Assembly: GCF_036321535.1 (NCBI RefSeq)
Contig: NC_087462.1
Location: 1,178,001-1,242,000 of the forward strand
Length of the DNA stretch: 64,000 nt
Origin: Camelus dromedarius
Taxonomy: Eukaryota
Direction: 5' to 3'
Part shown: in pieces, positions 12,275 through 24,180 of the stretch
How the letters are laid out: the number at the start of each line of letters is the position of its first letter
Numbering within the stretch: the stretch's first letter is position 1
Notes under the pieces: generated by a model
Databases searched by the model: none
What the model saw: only the letters and a program-made list of their open reading frames with translations
Told to the model about the DNA's origin: nothing
Translations under genes and position numbers: made by a program

Positions 12275-15200
12275 CTGTGCGGAGGAGGCAGAGAACAGAC
12301 AGACAGCCATTAGTGTAGGGAGAGACAGGGACATCTCATCAGATCCCAAAGGGTCCCGGTCATTTGTCTCAAAGGCCCCTACACCTCGTTACAGAAACCA
12401 AATTCTGGGCGTGAATTTAAACGTGTAAATGGGGAAAGAAAACGACCCCAACTCATTTTGTGAAGCCCTGTGAATATTCTCCCCTTCCATTTCCTACAAC
12501 TGATCGTAATTACAGACTGGTAGCAGCTTCCGTGGGTTAAAAGAACTTACAGAGACCGAGTTCTACCAGGTCCGCCTCCCGCCCCACCCCCAGGACGGCG
12601 CCACCTCAATGACCTGTATCTCCAACGGTACTGGCCACACACGTGCCCGCTCCGAACGAAAGCACGCTGAGTTTTCGGAGAGATTTCTTAGGCAAAAGGT
12701 ATCCTGCTGTCCCCACCCCTGCGAAACTCCCTTCTACCCTTCTGTGGGGCATTCTGGAGCCTCCTGGGTGCTCATGACCCCAGTGAACCCCCTCCCTTAC
12801 TGGAAATGACCACCCGGGGGCGCAGGCAGGAGCATCGTCTGGGCAGTTTCCCGTGCCTGATCCCACCGCTGACCCTCGTGGCCCCCCTTTGAGCAGAGGG
12901 TCAGGTGAAGGGACACCTCCACCCCCACGCCGGGCCGGGCTCCCAGGGTGGAGAAGGACGCAAGGCATGGCGGGTACACCCCCCGGTCAGGGTGCGGGAA
13001 GGGGCGGTGCCGGACTCGCCCCGCCCCCGCGGAACAGAAGGCGAGGGGAGGGGCGGGCCACCACCCAGCCACTTCCTCCGCAGACCCCTCCCACCGCCAG
13101 GCCGGCCTCGCCCATCCTGCCCCCGCGGCCGCCATCCTGGGCCGTCTGTCCCCACCCGCCCGTCCCGTGGGGGTCTCTGCCCCAGAACAGTGCCGCCCAA
13201 ACCCTCATCTAACCCAGCTGCACGCCGGGTACAGCATGTGTTGTCAACGTCTCCCCAGGCGACCGGGGGGCACCCCCGCCATGCCCCAGGCCCAGGGGCC
13301 GCGAGCAGCCCAGATTTTGCACCCTTCCGGACCCGGCGCCGGGTACCTAGGACCCTGGAATCCCCTGGCGTTGTTTTGCCCAGAGGTTTTGAAGGGTGTG
13401 TGGAGGGGGTGTGAATAGAATGTAGACACGTGGGCAGGGACGCCCAGCCGTCTGGGCGACGCCCCTCGTGGCAGTGCATGGAGCCCAGTGGAGGAAGGGG
13501 GGCGGCCAGATAGGGAGCCAGTGGGGTCAGGGTGGTACCTCATAAATTACACACTGGGAGGCCACACCGTGTACTGGGGACTGCAGTGACCTGGGCTGAC
13601 CCTGCCTCAGGGAACACTGCCACTGGCGGGGGGAGGTGGGGATTGCAGACCTGACAAGGGGCCAGGGGCAGGGACCTTGGGGACAGACCGGCAGCCGTAA
13701 GGGCTGCAGGGCGGGGAGGGAGGAGGTGTCAGTAATAACACCTGCAGAGGAGCACCAGTGGACTTCAGAGGGGCTTCTGCCATCGCCAGCTACCCAGGAC
13801 AGAGCTGGACTAAAGCCTCCCCTCCCCCATCCCTTCCTCCTGGCCGCACACATACCCCCAGCGTGGCAGAAGAGAGGGCTCAAAGCGCAGCGGGCCCTCA
13901 GAAGGCGGCTTGTGGGCCGCCTGTGGGCTATGCTCACAACTGAGGGAGGGCAGGCCCCAGGAGACTGGGAACCCAGGTGTGCTGGTGCCACCTCTGGGGG
14001 AGATCACAGGCCACAACTGTGTTGCTGGGGGGAGAGCGACTGTCCTCAAGACTACAGGTGGCTGTCCCTGTAGTCCCCTCGGGCTGTCCCCTCCCCACCC
14101 CATGCCCCCCTAGAACAATCCAGAAAGCAGAGCCTGCAACTGGGTGAGGGGTCCCAGTGGGGGCATCCTCAAAAGAATCACAGGGCTCAAAAGAGCCCCG
14201 GAAGGGAGCCCTACCCCACCCTACTTGGATCCGACAGCTCCTGAGAGCTCAAGTCTGGAGGAGGGGAGTCCAGTTACGGGGACGAGGCTGCTAGCTTTAA
14301 ACCAGACCCAGGGCCTGAGGGCGAGACGCCTCTTGGAGGGGCACGCAGTCCTGTCGCCATCTTGCAGGGCGCAGGCGGGGGAGAAGCTGAAAGGGGGACG
14401 GCATCCCGCCTCTGGTGCGCCCCGCAGTTGGCTCACTTCCCCATTTAGGGCAGCCGAGAGGTCCCGCCTCCCACCGTCCCCTCCCCTCCCCTCGGCCCCG
14501 CAGCTCTACTTTGCAACCAGCAGGTTGCCAGAGCGGAGCCAGTGCCCGCAAGGGCTGGACGCCTGCAGCCGCTGGGAACACAGCTGCCGCACGTAGCTCG
14601 GCGGGCGGCAGGGACATCCGCAGCCCCAGACGGCCCGGCTCACGTGGTCCGGCTCCCGCCGGGCCGGGGTCGCCTCCCGGGCTGGACGCCTGCCAGCCCC
14701 GCCCCACACCCCGTTGCTGGGTAGCGCACGTGCACACGTGAGTGGCAGGTACCAGGGCGCACAGGCCTCCTGCCCCCACAAGGTTAAGCGAATGCCTGCA
14801 AGATACCAGGCCCTGCCACCCTCTCACAGTCCACTGGCCGGGATGGGGTGTGGGAGGGTGGGGGTAACTTTCGGAGGCTTAGACCCGGCACGCCCAGGTG
14901 CGGCCCCTAGTCAGGCTACCAGGCTGGACGGAGCGCTTAAGGAGGGTGTGGTGGGCGGGGCTTCAGTGGACTTGACCCTCTGACTTAGGCTGGGCCTGGA
15001 GGTGAGCTCAGGACAGCCAGAAAATGGACGCCAGGAGACCAGGCAGAGGTGAGCCTGGAGGTGGTACCGTGCACCAGGCCTGGCTCAGCCTGCTGGGCCT
15101 TCATGTGGGAGAATGCACCACCTCCCTAGACTGGGGGTTGCAGTTGGGGCCAAAGATCAGATGTGATCTCCTAAGATCACCCCTAACCTAAGGAGTGGGG

Positions 15201-17374
15201 AGGGAGGAATGGCCTGCAGCCAAGCCTTGCACAAATGCCCAACTACCAGGTGGGCAGCACAAGGGGCAGGGTCTAGGTACGGGAGCACCCCAGGAGAGCT
15301 GGGGGAAGGCTGGGCTGCATGTGGCAGATGCGGGTGGGGACGGCAGGGGGCTCCCCAAAGAAGATGGGCCTGAGCAGGCTGCAAAGAACTCCAAAGACAG
15401 TACAGAAACGCAGCCAAGAAAAGATGGAAAATTGATGGTGAGGTCCCAAGGGCAGGGCAGGGCAGGGGGTCCCCCTGTGACCAGCCATCCTGATGGCTTT
15501 ACAAGGACCAGCCTGTGGGAGGTTTGTCTGCTCTGTGATCTTAAATACCCCCTAGTCATTGCTACCCCCTAAACCCAAGACTTACAACCTAGCTCCCTCC
15601 CAGTCCTTACTCCTCCTGTAGGTTTTCCATTTCAACCCCTCTGCTGTTGCCACCAAAAGCTTTGGCAGACGTCTCCACAGCCCTCACCTCCCCGCGTGGT
15701 ACCTGGCAGCAAACCCGATCAGTACCCCCTTCAAAGTATCTCCAGCTCACATCCCCCTAGCTCCAGGTCCCAGCTCAGGCCTGGACAGGTAGGGTAGCCC
15801 AGCAACTCGTGCCTGGGCCGCCCCGTCTGTGTCCTGCTCCCGAGCTGCCCCCCGGGGCTGAGGGTCAAAGCTGAAGTCTTTTCCTTGGCCTTGACTTCCC
15901 TGCAGAGCCAGCTCCTTACCCTGCTGGTGTACGGCTCCCCCTCCCCCGCACCCGGCCACAGACCCTGCTCTAGACCTTCCTATCCGGGCACGCGGCCTCT
16001 CCTGGGTGTGATGTACCCAGCTCGACCACAAAGCTGAGGGCCCAGGCCTGGCCTGCGGGGTGCTGAGTGCACCCGTTGGGGAGGCTACCGGCCCCCGGGA
16101 GGGAACGCAGGTCGTGGCTCGAAGCCGCTAGCTAGCTAGCCTGCTGGTACGTCATCGGGTTTACAACCTGCCCCCCCCCCACAGGTGGGAGCTAGGGCTT
16201 CCCCGTTTATTTAAAAAGCAGGCCACCGGCCGCCCCACCACTCCTCCCTCCCGGAGAACCCAAGCTGCCCTGGCTTACTTCCCCACCCAGACCACATCCT
16301 CCGCAAGGACGGCGCCGGGGGTGAGGGGCGCACAGCTTTCACAGGCCCCCCGAGCATGTGTGTTCCTCCAGAGACTGGCTATTCTAGAAACAGGACTGAG
16401 GGAGGGCAGGCTCCGCGCCCCCCTGAGGCCAGCTCCTCAAGCTGGTATCATTTGCCACCTCCAGGGCCATCTGGGCCACCTTTATCAGGGAGCCTGGGAG
16501 GGGGCTGGTTATCACCCCCTACAATGTTAGGGCACTGCCCCCCACCGCCAGCTGGGGCTCAGGCGCAGCACCCCACTGCTGGAGGAGGGGGTTAGGTGGG
16601 GAGGCAGTCCTGGCCTGGCACTGGCCCACTCTGGCCCCCCAGATAAGCCACCAGTCTCCGGAGCCCCACCTTGCCTCAGGGGAGCTCACAGCTCTGCCTG
16701 GGGTGGGGGGCGGGGTCTGTTCACTCAGACAGCCCTGGGGGTGCAGGGGCAACTTCCCCTCTAGGCCTCAGTTTCCCCATCTGCCCTCCTCCTAGAGGCC
16801 TGTTCAGCAGAGAACTACCACTACCACCAGCCGCCCCCTTGGGCTGCCCAATCAGCAAACAGGGGTCGCCCTCACCCCCTCCTGTCCCTAGGTCCTGGGG
16901 CTTCTCCCACCCAATTCGGGGACTGGCCCACCTCTCTCCCTCCTACACAGGGCTCTCCCTCCAACCCCTCTCCTGGACCCTAATCCCTTCCTCATAAACG
17001 GATTTTCCTCTGCAAAGCTGGGCCTGCCTCCCCGCCCACCCCTACCCTGCCCTTGGGATTAAATAGAACAGACACCTACTCGGCCCCCTCCCCACCTCAT
17101 ATGACAGCCTGGTCCTCCAAATCCACACCCCGAGGCCCTGTCCCCACCCCCTGCAGCCAGGGTGCTGTCCCCTCTCCCAGGACACACCCTTCCCTGTTCC
17201 ACCTGACACCATGGTGTAAGCTGAGATGCCTCTTCCTCCAGGAAGCCTTTTCCTCCATCCCGCTACTGTCACCACCCCCTGCAATATTCTGGGAGTCCCA
17301 GGGGACAGGGACTCGGTCATCCCCAAAGTGCCTCCCACACAGTAAACGGTTAGGCAAGGTTTTACAGGGCATCT

Positions 17375-17550
17375 CAACTGACAGTGATCCCACGACTCTC
17401 CAGGGGGCACTACGTGATGTCTGAGGACATCTGTCATTGTCACAACTGGGGGTGCTCCTGGCATTGGGTGGGAGTCAGGGAGGCTGCTCAACACCCCACA
17501 GTGGTCAGGAGGCCCCACACCAAGAATGACCCAGCCTCAAAGTCTAGGGG
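17375..17550 (+). mobile_element. MER20-like relic
   Basis: gatgtctgaggacatctgtcattgtcacaactgggggtgctcctggcat...caagaatgacccagcc. Confidence 0.7.
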
Positions 17551-20011
17551 GAGACCCTAGACTAGCAGCTCCACCTCCAGATCTGAGCTTCTTCAGGGAG
17601 GAGGCCTGAGCCCCCTAGAAGGTGCTGGGCACTGGGGGCTTTGGGGCGGGGGAACAGTCCGGAGATGAAGGAGGTTGGGAGAGCAAGTAGACAGCCAGCC
17701 TCTCCTCCACCCCCGCCCCACCTCCCTCCCTCTCCCTCTCGGTATCCAAGGCAACCGCGTCAACATCTCCTGCAGCTTCCAAGTCTTTCCCGGCCCCACG
17801 CTGGAGGCAGGAGAGCTCATTCTGGGCCAGGGGCTGTGGGCCAGACACAGGGGACTAGAAGACAGCCCGCCCTGCTCTGCTGCAGCTGGGTGGCCCTGTG
17901 AAGAGACCCCATTGCCCCTCCTGGCCTCCCGACACCAACCTCTGTGCCAAATGGAGCAGGGATGATGGGGGACCACACTCAGCCTGGCTCCTGCTGTACC
18001 TGTTTGCTCATCTGTAAAATGGGGCCAGGCCAGGATGGGAGTTCGGGTAGAAGTATGTGTGACAGAACTCCCTCCCAAAGGCCCTCAGGGGACAATGGCT
18101 CAGCAGACAGCTAGCATCTAATTAAGACACCTCTTCAGATCTGTCCCCAGGCCTGCCCCCAGCAGTGGGCAACACCACTTTAACCTTGAGAGGCCCAAGC
18201 CAACCTTGGCTTCCCCACCCCCAAAACGGGCATGAGAGCAGCTGCCCCCACTCCTGGGGGTTGGAAAAACCAAAAGATCTTGCCACTGACCCTGGGCAGG
18301 GCTTGGTGATCCTCGGGGACAGAGAGATGCTGAATTAGCAAGCATTAAGCATGAAAGCGCCCCAAACCCTCCAGAAACAGCACCAAGGGCGCCTGGGTCC
18401 AGGACTCCCACTCCCAGGAGCAGCCACATGCCCCCCAGGGCCCGGCATCGTTATTATCAAGGGGGCTTCGGGACAGCACATCCAAAACCATAGGTCTCTT
18501 GGGGGGCAAGGCATCAGGGCATGGCGCCCTGCCCTCCCCCAGTCATCACTGGGACACCCCAACTCAGCCCCTGGGCCTCAGTTTCCCATAGAAACAGACA
18601 GTAACACTGACATCTATGTTCAGGGAGTTCTTTCTCTCTCAAGGACTTAGGGGGTCAGCCAACACTGCCTGGGGGCCTGCGAAAGTTCTGAAGGACCCCA
18701 GGATACCCTGGGGAGGTGTCCTTTGGGAGCCATAGAGGCAGGTGGCTTCACTGGCCCCAAGAAGTTGGACAGAGTGTGAAAAACCCCAAAACAAAGCACA
18801 GCACTGCGGGGTCCAAACCGCTCTCAGGGGTCAGACCACCCGTGTCTCCGCCACACCACCAGGGTCAACTCTTCTTTTCCCCCACCCTCTCCCCCTGTTC
18901 CGACAGCAGGAGCAGGTCCACGGAGCCACGCTGAGACGCCCTGTTGCCCAATGTGACCCCTCAGGGGAAGGCGGCCGCTGGGCCCTTTATACAGAGAAAA
19001 AAAACCCTGAGAGTAGGTCGTGGGCTACAAAGTAGCAGAACCACAAAGTCCAAGTGTCAGCCCACCCTCCTCCCCTGGCCTCTCAACCAAGGCCCACCCT
19101 CTCCTGCCCTATCCCCACTCCAAGAGAGAATTCCCAGGACTCACGGGGGGACCCCATGAGGAAAACGAGGGAGGACCCACAGGAGGAAAAAGAGGCGGTG
19201 ACAGTGAGAGGGCGGCCGGCGCTCCCTGCTTCCAGGCTCCCCTGGCGCCCCCACCCCCACCCCCGGCTGAGATGAGACGCAACCGTGTCGCCGAACCGCT
19301 CCCCCAGCTTTCCTGTCTCCCGCTGCAGGTTGAGGGGAGCAGCACGCAGGGAAAGGCGGTGAGAGCGTGACACCCTCAGGGGTTCCCCTCCTCTCCAGAC
19401 TCAGGCTCTAACCCGCACTCCCAACCCCGCCCTCCGCCTTATTAAAATACAGAAAAAGAGGGGGAAAACGTGCAGGGCACCCCCACAAGCTGGCCCCACA
19501 CCAGGCGCCCCGCTGCCTTCTCGGGTGAATCCTTGCGGCCACCTCGGAGGCGGCTCTGCGGTTCCTCCTGCCTTTCTACACACAGATCAGGAAACTAAAC
19601 CAAGGGAAGACCAAAACCTCAAAGCTGCACGCTTCAAACACGGTGCCCACCACCCAGGTCCGAAACCGATGGAAAAGAAGGGAAATGAGGCCGAGGGGGA
19701 AGGGAACTGCCCAGGAGCCCCATCCCGCACGCGGATCCTGCACGCGGATCCCGCACGCGCACCCCACCGCGCTCCGGGCCCCTGTTGCTGCCTCCGCGCC
19801 CGCCATCCATCCGCTCGCCACCCGACCGCGTGGCCGCCACGCCCCCCGCGCGCGCCCCACCCACCAAGGCCCCGCCCTCCCGGCCGGCGCGGCGGCAGCC
19901 CGGGCGCGCCCCCCTCCCCGCCCCCGAAGCGCCACGCAGTTTCGGGGTCCCAGCGGGGGAGGGGGCGCGGGAGGCCTCCCCCGCGCGAGCCAGGCGCGTG
20001 GTCGGACTCAC

Positions 20012-20462
20012 CTGTGTGCGTCCGCAGGTGCGACTTGAGGTGGGAGGATTTGTAGTACGCCTTGGCGCAGCCTGGGAAGGGACAGCGGTGACTCTTGGCG
20101 GCGGCGGGCGCGGCGCCGGGGGCGCGGCTGGAGGACGGGGACGAGGCGGCCGAAGAAGAGGAGGCAGGCGAGGCGCCCCCCGGAGCGGCGCCGGGCCCTC
20201 CACGCAGGTCGGCCAGGATGCTGGCGGCCAGCAGGTGGGGCGCGGCGGCGCCGGAGCCCAGGCCCGGGACGGCGGGGGCCGCCGGTGGCGGCCCCGGGGG
20301 CCCGGGCGGGGCGGCCTCGCGCCGCGGCGCGCGCACATCCAGGCCGGCGGCCGGGCCCGCGCCCTCGGGGCCCGGCCGCCCGCGGTGCACCACGGCGCCC
20401 GAAGAGATGGCCATGAGCACGTCGGCGGCGAAGTAATCCACACACGCCACGGCTGCCGACAT
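20012..20462 (-). CDS. KLF16: Kruppel-like factor 16, exon 1 CDS (Sin3-interaction domain, Pro/Ala linker, zinc finger 1)
   Basis: [22 protein letters not shown]...[27 protein letters not shown]; donor ACAG|GTGAGT at 20011; 451+302 nt gives 250 aa plus stop. Confidence 0.97.
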
Positions 20463-20625
20463 GCCAGGCAGGGGCACGCGGCGCAGGCCGAGCGGGCGGA
20501 GCAGAGGCGGCGGGAGAAGCGCCCGTCCGGCCGGCGGCGGCTGCTAGAGTGCGGGAGGAGGAGGAGGAGGAGGAGGAGGCCGGCGCGCGCCGCCGCCGCC
20601 GCCGCCCGCGCTCGGCCCGCCCCGC

Positions 20626-20788
20626 NNNNNNNNNNNNNNNNNNNNNNNNNNNNNNNNNNNNNNNNNNNNNNNNNNNNNNNNNNNNNNNNNNNNNNNNNNN
20701 NNNNNNNNNNNNNNNNNNNNNNNNNNNNNNNNNNNNNNNNNNNNNNNNNNNNNNNNNNNNNNNNNNNNNNNNNNNNNNNNNNNNNNNN
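20626..20788. other. assembly gap (N run) near the KLF16 TSS
   Basis: N run. Confidence 1.
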
Positions 20789-23769
20789 CCCAAGGAGCCG
20801 CCCCGCCTGGCGCTCCCACTCTGGTCCCAGAGCACGCCCCCGCCTCCTTCCCGGAGCGCGCCTCTTTGCGGGGTGCCAGGCCGGAGAGCCCACCTCACTG
20901 GCGCGCCCCTCCCCCTGCAACTTGGCTCCCGGTCCCTTTCTTGCAGCACCCTCTCTTCACGCCATGAAGCCCCGCCCAGCCCCGGTAGCGCCCCGCCCCC
21001 GGAGCTCGCCCCGCCCCATCCCGACACGCCCCTCCCTCCTTGGACGTCTCCGCCCCCTGGCGCGCCCCTCCCTGTTCGGCGCGCGTCCCGCCTCCTCGCG
21101 GGCTCGCCCACCCCACGCTAGGGCGCGCGGCCGGCGGGAGCCCGCCCCTTCCCCGGACGCTTCCACCCTGGCCCGGGCGCGCCCCAGTTCTCGGTGGGGG
21201 AGGGCTCCGCTCCCCACGTGGCCCGGTGGGGGTGCGGAAGTGGCCAGCCCCGCCCCCCGGCCACGTGCGCGACCCTTCCCCCTCTCCTCTTCCCGAGCCT
21301 GGGGCCTTGCTTGACCGCACGCCCCTGCATTCCTTTTTGTAAGGATCCCCTTCGCTCTCCCGGAGACACAGGGAGCCTAACCCTCTGGCGGAGTCGAGCG
21401 AGCCTGCGCTCGTTCCTCTTTCTGCGTCCCACTCGGGAGTCCCTAGGTGAGGAGGACTTGGGTCACAAAGCGCGTGCTCGGGGTGCTTTGGCGAGGCAGA
21501 GTATCCCGGTCCTTCCAGGACCCGGGAGTCGGGGACACCAATCCTCAGCGCCGACTAGGGATCTTTGGGGCCCGAAGGGGGAAAGTGGGGCCTTGCCAAG
21601 CCTCCGAGGACGTCCAGGCCACGTTGTTTAATGTCGATGACGCCGGGGACGCAGATGCGCGGGGTCTGCCCAACTCGCAGGCCTGAGGTGGCGGGCGCGC
21701 GGATGTGGGGCGATGGGGTGGCTCCTCCATTGCGACCACGCCCCCGCCCCTTCCTAGGCGGGCCACCGGGCCCTGCAGTGGCCGGAGCGGCCTCCAGGGG
21801 GCTTTCTGCACGGGTTCCAGGCTGCTCAGTGACCTGCCCTGGGCTAGGTGTAGACAGCGACCGTGACTCTAGCCCAGACCCCATTGCGGGACTCTATACT
21901 CACCCTCCCCACTTGCCACGCCTCCGCTGATATGACCTGGTTCGGCTCCTCTGTCCCCAAGCTGGCCACTGCCACTATCCCATGGGTCCCCTTGGTCTAG
22001 GCCTGACCATCCTTGGTTCTTGCTTGTGCCAGCCCCATCTGGGGTCCCTCCCTTCCACGTGGCTGGACAGAGTGAGGGAGAGGGGAACTTGAGTACTGAC
22101 TTCAAGCTGCGGAGATGAAATGCAGCGCCGACCCTTAATAGATGAGCCCACCTGGGACAACCACTATTAAGGTGGGCACTGGTGGTCAGCATACCTGCCG
22201 CCCCAGGCCCCTAGTGCCTTTGAAAGTAGATCTGGGAGGTTGGACCACCCGGACAGGGCCCCAACCTCCACCATCTCAGCAGCTCACAAGGGCCTCAGAA
22301 TCTCCACCCACAGGGCTTGCCCCTGTGCCTGGCCTCTCCCAAGTCTGGACAAGGCAGGAAGTGCTTTGCAGGCAGCCCCCCACAGACCCCCAGCTCACCT
22401 CCAACACATGAGGAAGAAGCAGGGCAAGAGAGAGGGCAGGACCCTTTGTACAGTCCTTCCACTGATGTTACTGGGCCCAGAGCAAGATCCTGGCAGTGGC
22501 CCTGACCTGCAGGGGCTCACAGGCTAGGGCAAGGCAGCTGGGAGTCAGAGTGGCACAGGAGGGTGAGCACAGGCCTGGCAAGTGGAGGAAGTGGGGGCTG
22601 CATCCTACAGGTGGCTTCACCTGGGGCCTGAAGTTCAAGGGGGCAGCCTCAGGGAGATGGGGTGATAATTGAGGAGAGGCGGAGCCGTGGCAAAGTAGAG
22701 GTCAGGACACTGTTTTGGCTGTGCCGGACAAGCCTCATGACCCCAGACAAAACACTCCCTTAGAGCCTCAGGTGTGCCCCCTCCCAGAGACCATCAGGGC
22801 CTTGGATCTGTGCTTCTATCTAGGGGTCATGCTGGCCAACCTGCAGGCAGGAGACCCCATGTCGGGGGCCCACACCCCACCCACGGTGTTTCTGTTCACA
22901 CCTTAGCCCCAGAGGTGCCTGGGTGACCCCCTGCTCACCTCTGCCTTGTGTCTTGCCACCCTGTCCTCATCACAGCCCTTCAGTTGTCACTCCCGTTTCC
23001 TAGATGAGGAAATCAATGCTGGGAGAGGACCCAGAAGCGGCCCGTGTGCACAGCTGCAAGACAGCAGAGGGTCTGGGGGCCTGAGCTGTCCCAGCTGGGT
23101 CCCCCCATGGTGGTCAGTCCCTTATCTCCAGAGCCCAGTTTCCTCACCTGTAAGTGGGGGCCCATCTCCACCCTTCCCTTCCAGCACCGAGGGGTTCAGG
23201 GAGACTCTTGCTAGGTCACAGGGCCCACGGAGCCAAGCTGGGGAGGGACAGACAGAGGTGTGGAAGGGACGTGGGCTCAGGGCGAGAGCATATGGCCAGT
23301 CTCCCGGGGTGCAGGTGAGAAGAGGGTGACATGAAGTGGGGTGTGCCCACAGCACGGGCGCCCTGGGGGCCTGGTCAGGCCACAGTCAGCACCGAGGCTG
23401 GTGTGCATGTGTGGAACTATGTGCAGACATGCTGGGATGGCCAAAGCTTTCCTTTTTTAAGATAGTGAAGCTTTCACTCTTTAGTAGTTTTCATAGGGCT
23501 TTCTGTATAGCTCAACCTTTTTAAAATCCACACGTATTTATGACTTTTATTTTCTTTAAATGTTAACACCTATTTAGGTAGTGCAATTATGGGCCGTGGG
23601 CCCTTTCATTACTTTTCTGTATGAAAATTTATTTTCTAAATAAATCTCCACCTAGTGTGGGCTGGGCTGAGGACAGCAACCTGCCTGTAGGGAACCCTGG
23701 GGACCCCACCTTAGCCAGGTAGTCAAGGTCAACCTCAGGGTGATGTCCTCAGGGTGTCAGCGCCCCCAG

Positions 23770-24180
23770 TGGAATGCGACCACCTCACCTCAGTGTGCTC
23801 TCAAACCTGCAACCCTGGTCTGATCATGAGAAAGCCTCAGACGAGCCCAGATTAGGGGACAGTTTACAAAATACTCCCTCCCCAAAAAACACCCTACCAA
23901 GCTGCCAAGGCCATGGAAAACAAGGGGAGGGCAGGGAGCAGCGTCACAGAATTTAAGAGACTAAGGAGGCGTGATGGCTGAACGCCGTGCGGGCTCCTGG
24001 TTTGGATCCTGGGGCAGAAAAGGATGTTTCTGCTGAGCCGGGAACCAAGTCTGTAGCTTGTGAATGGGCAGGTATGCAAGCTGGGTCTTGGTTGTGACAA
24101 GGCGCTCCCCTGAGGGTCACTGGGGCAAAGGGTAGAGGTGTAAACCCCATGTTGGTGCAAGGTGAACACTTGAAAACAAA
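23770..24180 (+). mobile_element. old L1MC/MD-type 3' fragment
   Basis: gagaaagcctcagacgagcccagattaggggacagtttacaaaa...aagagactaaggaggcgtga...ggatcctggggcagaaaagga. Confidence 0.55.

Larger units (their letters stand above)
19700..21800. promoter_or_regulatory. KLF16: KLF16 CpG island and promoter (interrupted by a gap)
   Basis: CpG-dense; GC boxes; E-boxes CACGTG at 21215 and 21262; ETS CGGAAGT near 21235; (GGA)n and (GCC)n in the 5' UTR. Confidence 0.85.

Noticed and set aside
19634-21314. Very long ORFs (509, 428 and 367 aa) over KLF16 exon 1 and promoter
   Set aside because: They are antisense or off-frame shadows of a CpG island, low-complexity G/P/R/A, and they run through an N gap.
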